Shown: piece by piece, positions 60,398-64,000 of the stretch
Numbering within the stretch: the stretch's first letter is position 1
Layout of the letters: the number at the start of each line of letters is the position of its first letter
Assembly (NCBI GenBank): GCA_041651195.1
Contig: JBAZJR010000004.1
Location: forward strand, 26,848-90,847
DNA length: 64,000 nucleotides
Origin: Patescibacteria group bacterium
Lineage (GTDB): Bacteria > Patescibacteriota > Patescibacteriia > Patescibacteriales > UBA12465
Direction of reading: 5' to 3'
Made by a program: the position numbers and the translations under genes
The notes under the pieces: model-generated
What the model was told of the DNA's origin: nothing
Seen by the model: only the letters and a program-made list of their open reading frames with translations
Database searches by the model: none

Positions 60398-61093
60398 TTA
60401 ATAACCAATAATCGAGAAAAATATACTTTTGTCATATTCTTCCAAACTTTTTGTTGTTTCATTCGCGATTGCTTCCAGCCATTTCGGGTTGGGAGTTTCA
60501 TCTCGCAGGTCGGTGCGCATCGCTTCTTGGAGTAGGCGGATATGGTCGTTGAGCGATCTAGCGAATTGGTCAAAGTATCGGGCTTCGTGCCAGTAGGGAT
60601 GGTTTCCATGGCCGCCGCCGAACATTTTGACAGAGGGGATAGCGCCTTGTATCCATATCAACCAGCCCAGGCATAGGAAGATCAAGCGCCAAATCGGCTG
60701 CATTTCGGTCAGCCGCATTTCTAGAGGTTTCCTGGTGACTGTCCTGAGTTCGGCAATATTATCGTATAGATCCTTATAGAACCTATACTTAGCATGTCGA
60801 TGCACCTCCGCCCAATAGAAGGGGGCTTTTTGGAATTCCTCATCGTTGATTATCGACGTCAAGATTAGATTAGTCTTAGCCAGCTCTTTCTTATTGAGCG
60901 TGGCAGCGTAAACGTCGATGATCAAGAGGTTTAGTTGCGGGTGGACATAGAGTCCGTATTTTTCATACAGCGAGGTTATCTGGGCGTTGCTGGTGCGGCT
61001 CAATCTTTGTTTTTGCTGGCAGATATTGGCGGTCTGCGCGCCGATATCTTTAATTCTTTCGGAGAAACATTCGATAATATTAAGCGTATCCAT
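60398..61093 (-). CDS. Hypothetical protein (orphan, one central hydrophobic segment)
   Basis: This is a 231-aa ORF bounded by a terminator and a 196-nt divergent promoter region. No family was recognised. Confidence 0.6.
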   Translation of the reverse strand: MDTLNIIECFSERIKDIGAQTANICQQKQRLSRTSNAQITSLYEKYGLYVHPQLNLLIIDVYAATLNKKELAKTNLILTSIINDEEFQKAPFYWAEVHRHAKYRFYKDLYDNIAELRTVTRKPLEMRLTEMQPIWRLIFLCLGWLIWIQGAIPSVKMFGGGHGNHPYWHEARYFDQFARSLNDHIRLLQEAMRTDLRDETPNPKWLEAIANETTKSLEEYDKSIFFSIIGY

Positions 61094-61289
61094 TTTTGTT
61101 CCACTTTTGTGATTAAAATTTTTAAAAAATTTGTAAAGAACAACATTTTAGTTTATGGTTTTTATTAACTTTTGTCAATATGAGTCGTGTCGCCCGCTCG
61201 TCTCGGAATCTATCGGTTCGCGATTGATTTTTTAGTCTTTTTGGCTTAAAATTTAAGTATTAACGACTTCTCCTTAAGGCTTAAGATAT

Positions 61290-61832
61290 ATGAGCGTCAA
61301 GATCATCTACTTCGTGCACGGCACGACGACCGACAACGAAAACAGCAAATCGACCGGCTGGGCGCCAGGCGAATTATCAGCGGTCGGCATCCAACAAGCA
61401 AAGGCCTTGCCAGAACAGATTAAGGAACACGATTTCAAGGTAGTTTTTTGTTCGGACTTGAAACGGGCGGCAGACTCGGCGGAGCTGGGTTTTAAGGGAG
61501 ATTATCCGATAATTCCCGATAGCCGGTTAAGAGAGATAAACTACGGCGACCTGACCCAGGCGGATGAGAGCTTAGTCCACTATGATGAGCATATCAACGT
61601 TCCGTTCCCGAACGGAGAGAGCCTGCAAGATGTCGGCCGGCGGATAAAAATTTTTTTGGATTATCTCAAAGAAAATTATAATGATCAATTCGTCGCGATC
61701 CTGGCGCATAAATCTCCACAGCTGGCTTTAGAGGTGCTTTTGAACGGCAAGACCTGGGAAGAAGCTCTGCGCGACGACTGGCGTAACCGGAAAGCCTGGC
61801 AGCCGGGTTGGATTTATGAAATAAAAGATTAG
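61290..61832 (+). CDS. Histidine phosphatase superfamily (phosphoglycerate mutase-like) protein with a variant VHG motif
   Basis: IYFVHGTTTDN occupies the position of the RHGxT motif. SDLKRAADSAE, EINYGD and ILAHKS (second His) are also present. Confidence 0.7.
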   Translation: MSVKIIYFVHGTTTDNENSKSTGWAPGELSAVGIQQAKALPEQIKEHDFKVVFCSDLKRAADSAELGFKGDYPIIPDSRLREINYGDLTQADESLVHYDEHINVPFPNGESLQDVGRRIKIFLDYLKENYNDQFVAILAHKSPQLALEVLLNGKTWEEALRDDWRNRKAWQPGWIYEIKD

Positions 61833-61835
61833 TTT

Positions 61836-62543
61836 ATGTTTAGCGCGTACGACAATATTAAGGCTGGACTATCCTTGAAAGAAGACGGCAATATGAAATG
61901 CTCGACGGAGGACGCGGAAGACACTTCATTTAAAAATCGGGAATTATTTTTTAAGAAACAGGGTTTAGACAATAAAGATGTCGTGTCAGCCGGCCTGGTC
62001 CACGGCGGCCAAGCGGCCGTCATCGGTAGCGACAGCCGTGGTAAATCCGTGGCGGGTTATGACGCCTTGATTACTGATCAGCCGGGAGCGATACTAACGG
62101 TTACGGTCGCGGATTGTCTGCCGCTTTATTTTTATGATCGCGCGAAGCAAGCAATCGCCCTGGCGCACGCGGGCTGGCGCGGCGTCTTAACGCCGATTAC
62201 CAAGAATGTGCTGGCAGCTCTCGCTACCCATTATGGCTCTCGCCCGGCGGACATCGAAGTCTTTATCGGGCCGCATCTCCAAAAATGTCATTTTACGGTC
62301 AAAGAAGACGTGGCCAGCCAGTTCGTTGCTTATCCATCCTTGATCAGCCGGAGCGATAAGATATATATCGATTTAGCCGGCATTGTCCGTCAACAATTAA
62401 TCGAGGCCGGCGTAAGAAGCGAGCAGATCCGGTCGAGCGATGAATGCACCTATGAGCTGGCTGATAAGTACTTTTCCTATCGTCGCGATGGCGGGGAATT
62501 GCAAACTATGATTGCTTATTTAAGGATTAATCCGATCGTTTGA
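61836..62543 (+). CDS. pgeF: YfiH/PgeF family (Cu-oxidase_4, peptidoglycan editing factor-like) protein
   Basis: Conserved segments are VTVADCLPLYF, LAHAGWRG and CTYE..YFSYRRDG. Confidence 0.88.
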   Translation: MFSAYDNIKAGLSLKEDGNMKCSTEDAEDTSFKNRELFFKKQGLDNKDVVSAGLVHGGQAAVIGSDSRGKSVAGYDALITDQPGAILTVTVADCLPLYFYDRAKQAIALAHAGWRGVLTPITKNVLAALATHYGSRPADIEVFIGPHLQKCHFTVKEDVASQFVAYPSLISRSDKIYIDLAGIVRQQLIEAGVRSEQIRSSDECTYELADKYFSYRRDGGELQTMIAYLRINPIV

Positions 62544-62550
62544 TTGCCAT

Positions 62551-64000
62551 ATGTTCCAAGAAGCGAAAATTGAAAGATTATTAAAGAGCCTGATTTTTAT
62601 CGGCCTTTTGGCGCTGGTCGTCATTATTTTTTCTCAGCAGATAAAATTTACTTCGAGCGACCTGGGCCGGCACCTGGAGAACGGGCGGATCGTCTGGCAG
62701 GATCGCCAGGTCTTATTTACTAATTTCTATTCTTATACCGAGCCGGATCAGCTTTTCGTCAACCATCATTGGCTCTCTGGAGTGATCTTTTATGCGGTTT
62801 ATCTTCTTGGCGGTTTTAAGTTATTATCTGTATTTAATATCTTATTGATCCTGGCCGCTTTCAGCCTGGCCTTTAATCTGGCGCGCCGGAAAGCGGGATT
62901 TTATGTGGCCAGCCTTTTATCCATACCGGCGATCTTCTTGCTCAGCGAACGCGTCGAGGTCCGGCCGGAAATCGTCAGCTATTTATTTATCATCCTGTCC
63001 CTGGTGATTATCGATAGCGCGGCGACCAGCAAAAGATACGGCCGCCTCTGGTGGCTCGTCATTCTCTCGGCGGTTTGGGTAAATATCCATATTTATTTCT
63101 TCATCGGTTTGGCGCTTATCGGCTTCAAGGCGGCCGCGGAATTTTTGCCGCCCTTTTCTCGCCCGGCAGGCGGCCTTAAAGATCGCCTGGCGGCCGGCTG
63201 GTTAGCGGCTAAGCCCTGGATCAAGACTTTTATCTATGCCAGTTTGGCCGGCCTGCTTAACCCTAACACTTGGCGCGGCCTGCTCTATCCTTTTAATATT
63301 TTTCAAAATTACGGTTATGAAATCGCCGAGAATAAATCTATCTTTTATCTGGGGAGCTTGATGATCAACCATAACTTCGCGGTTTTTAAATTCTTATTAC
63401 TGCTTCTAATCCTGAGCTTCCTGCTCTATTATCTGGTCATTAAGAAATTAAATCTGTTTGAGTTATTTCTTGCTTTATTTTTTTCCAGCCTCGCCTTCTT
63501 CGCTTCCCGTAATTTATCGCTTTTTGCTCTCACGGCCTTGATCCTGATCAGCGTTAACTTGGCCGCGCTCCGCAATTATCTGCAGGCGGAGCGGCCGTCT
63601 TTAGCGCTGCTTTGGCGCCGGTCTCTCTGGCCTTATGGCGCCGGTTTGTCCCTAGCCTTGATTCTGCTCGCCCTGCCTTATCTCTTGACCGATTATGCCC
63701 GTCAGGGCAGCTTTATCAAGAATGCGCCTGGTTGGGGATTAGCGGCGGGCAGTACCGATTCGATCGAGTTTTTCCGAGAACGCGGCTTAAGCGGCCCGGT
63801 TTTCAATAATTATGACCTAGGTAGCGCGCTTATCTTCTGGCTTTATCCGGATGAGCGCGTCTTCGTCGATAACCGTCCGGAGGCCTATCGCTATGATTTT
63901 TTTACCGAAATCTATAAGCCGCTCCAATCTGATCCGGCTAAGTGGCGGGCTTTTAGCGATATTTATAAATTTAAGACCGTTTATTTCGCCTATACCGACT
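62551..64000 (+). CDS. Large polytopic membrane protein, 5' part (runs off the window; GT-C-like by architecture only)
   Basis: I translated it by hand from ATG 62551 and found no stop in 483 codons to the window end. It has more than 10 hydrophobic segments and then a soluble part (VFNNYDLGSALIFWLYPDERVFVDNRPEAY). It is absent from the ORF track. Confidence 0.8.
   Translation, partial: MFQEAKIERLLKSLIFIGLLALVVIIFSQQIKFTSSDLGRHLENGRIVWQDRQVLFTNFYSYTEPDQLFVNHHWLSGVIFYAVYLLGGFKLLSVFNILLILAAFSLAFNLARRKAGFYVASLLSIPAIFLLSERVEVRPEIVSYLFIILSLVIIDSAATSKRYGRLWWLVILSAVWVNIHIYFFIGLALIGFKAAAEFLPPFSRPAGGLKDRLAAGWLAAKPWIKTFIYASLAGLLNPNTWRGLLYPFNIFQNYGYEIAENKSIFYLGSLMINHNFAVFKFLLLLLILSFLLYYLVIKKLNLFELFLALFFSSLAFFASRNLSLFALTALILISVNLAALRNYLQAERPSLALLWRRSLWPYGAGLSLALILLALPYLLTDYARQGSFIKNAPGWGLAAGSTDSIEFFRERGLSGPVFNNYDLGSALIFWLYPDERVFVDNRPEAYRYDFFTEIYKPLQSDPAKWRAFSDIYKFKTVYFAYTD

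Noticed and set aside
63612-63809. A 65-aa plus-strand ORF near the window end.
   Set aside because: It lies in a different frame inside the uninterrupted 483-codon membrane-protein ORF starting at 62551.
1-64000. An alternative genetic code (UGA recoded, as in some CPR lineages).
   Set aside because: TGA ends conserved genes at their canonical termini (ftsZ at 41513-41515, the DUF3160-like gene, pgeF). Conserved proteins are full length under the standard code.
1-64000. A CRISPR array, a diversity-generating retroelement, a prophage or an insertion sequence.
   Set aside because: I saw no short regularly spaced repeats. There is no reverse transcriptase, transposase or integrase ORF. I saw no near-identical template/variable repeat pair near the Cys-rich genes.

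Overview
This is a gene-dense 64-kb chromosomal segment with about 58 CDS and 3 tRNAs. I saw no rRNA, CRISPR array, transposase or integrase. The genetic code looks standard, because TGA terminates conserved genes such as ftsZ at their canonical ends. By inference, the segment comes from a small-genome Candidate Phyla Radiation (Patescibacteria-like) anaerobe. The grounds are 0-40 nt intergenic gaps, ATGA/TAATG start-stop overlaps, scattered prepilin-type proteins plus a PilD peptidase, several Wzy_C-like membrane proteins, a short Rel, a class III RNR and almost no biosynthesis genes. Housekeeping content in order: rmuC, radC, an M16 peptidase, a UvrD-type helicase fused to a Cas4/AddB-type Fe-S nuclease, ruvB, queA, lepB, hisS, rpsU, rel, clpP, secDF, pilD, ftsA-ftsZ, a pyrC-like gene and nrdR-nrdD-nrdG. 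These are followed by a soluble T4SS-coupling-protein-like ATPase with a DnaQ-like exonuclease, a GT2 synthase, an ftsB-like gene, tRNA-Thr/tRNA-Gly, an RlpA-DD-carboxypeptidase fusion, ftsEX and tRNA-Gln. Stand-out 1 is a 14.6-kb co-directional cluster (17645-32253). It encodes three giant cysteine-rich surface proteins (900, 2033 and 1114 aa). Two of them begin with a shared signal peptide plus double-TM hairpin that resembles a VirB2/TrbC-type pilin. Small membrane-anchored proteins with thrombospondin-type-3-like acidic repeats follow. Stand-out 2 is that nrdD is split: its glycyl-radical segment (YSRVVGW...NWNLGK) sits in a separate 45-codon ORF (45536-45673) that is absent from the ORF track. 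Further items are tandem NrdR boxes, a candidate ~130-nt RNA upstream of secDF bounded by a promoter and a terminator, two tRNAs with C at T-loop position 55, and several unusual domain fusions. A membrane-protein ORF of at least 483 codons (62551 to the window end) is also missing from the track because it runs off the edge. All coordinates not taken from the ORF track were counted by hand.
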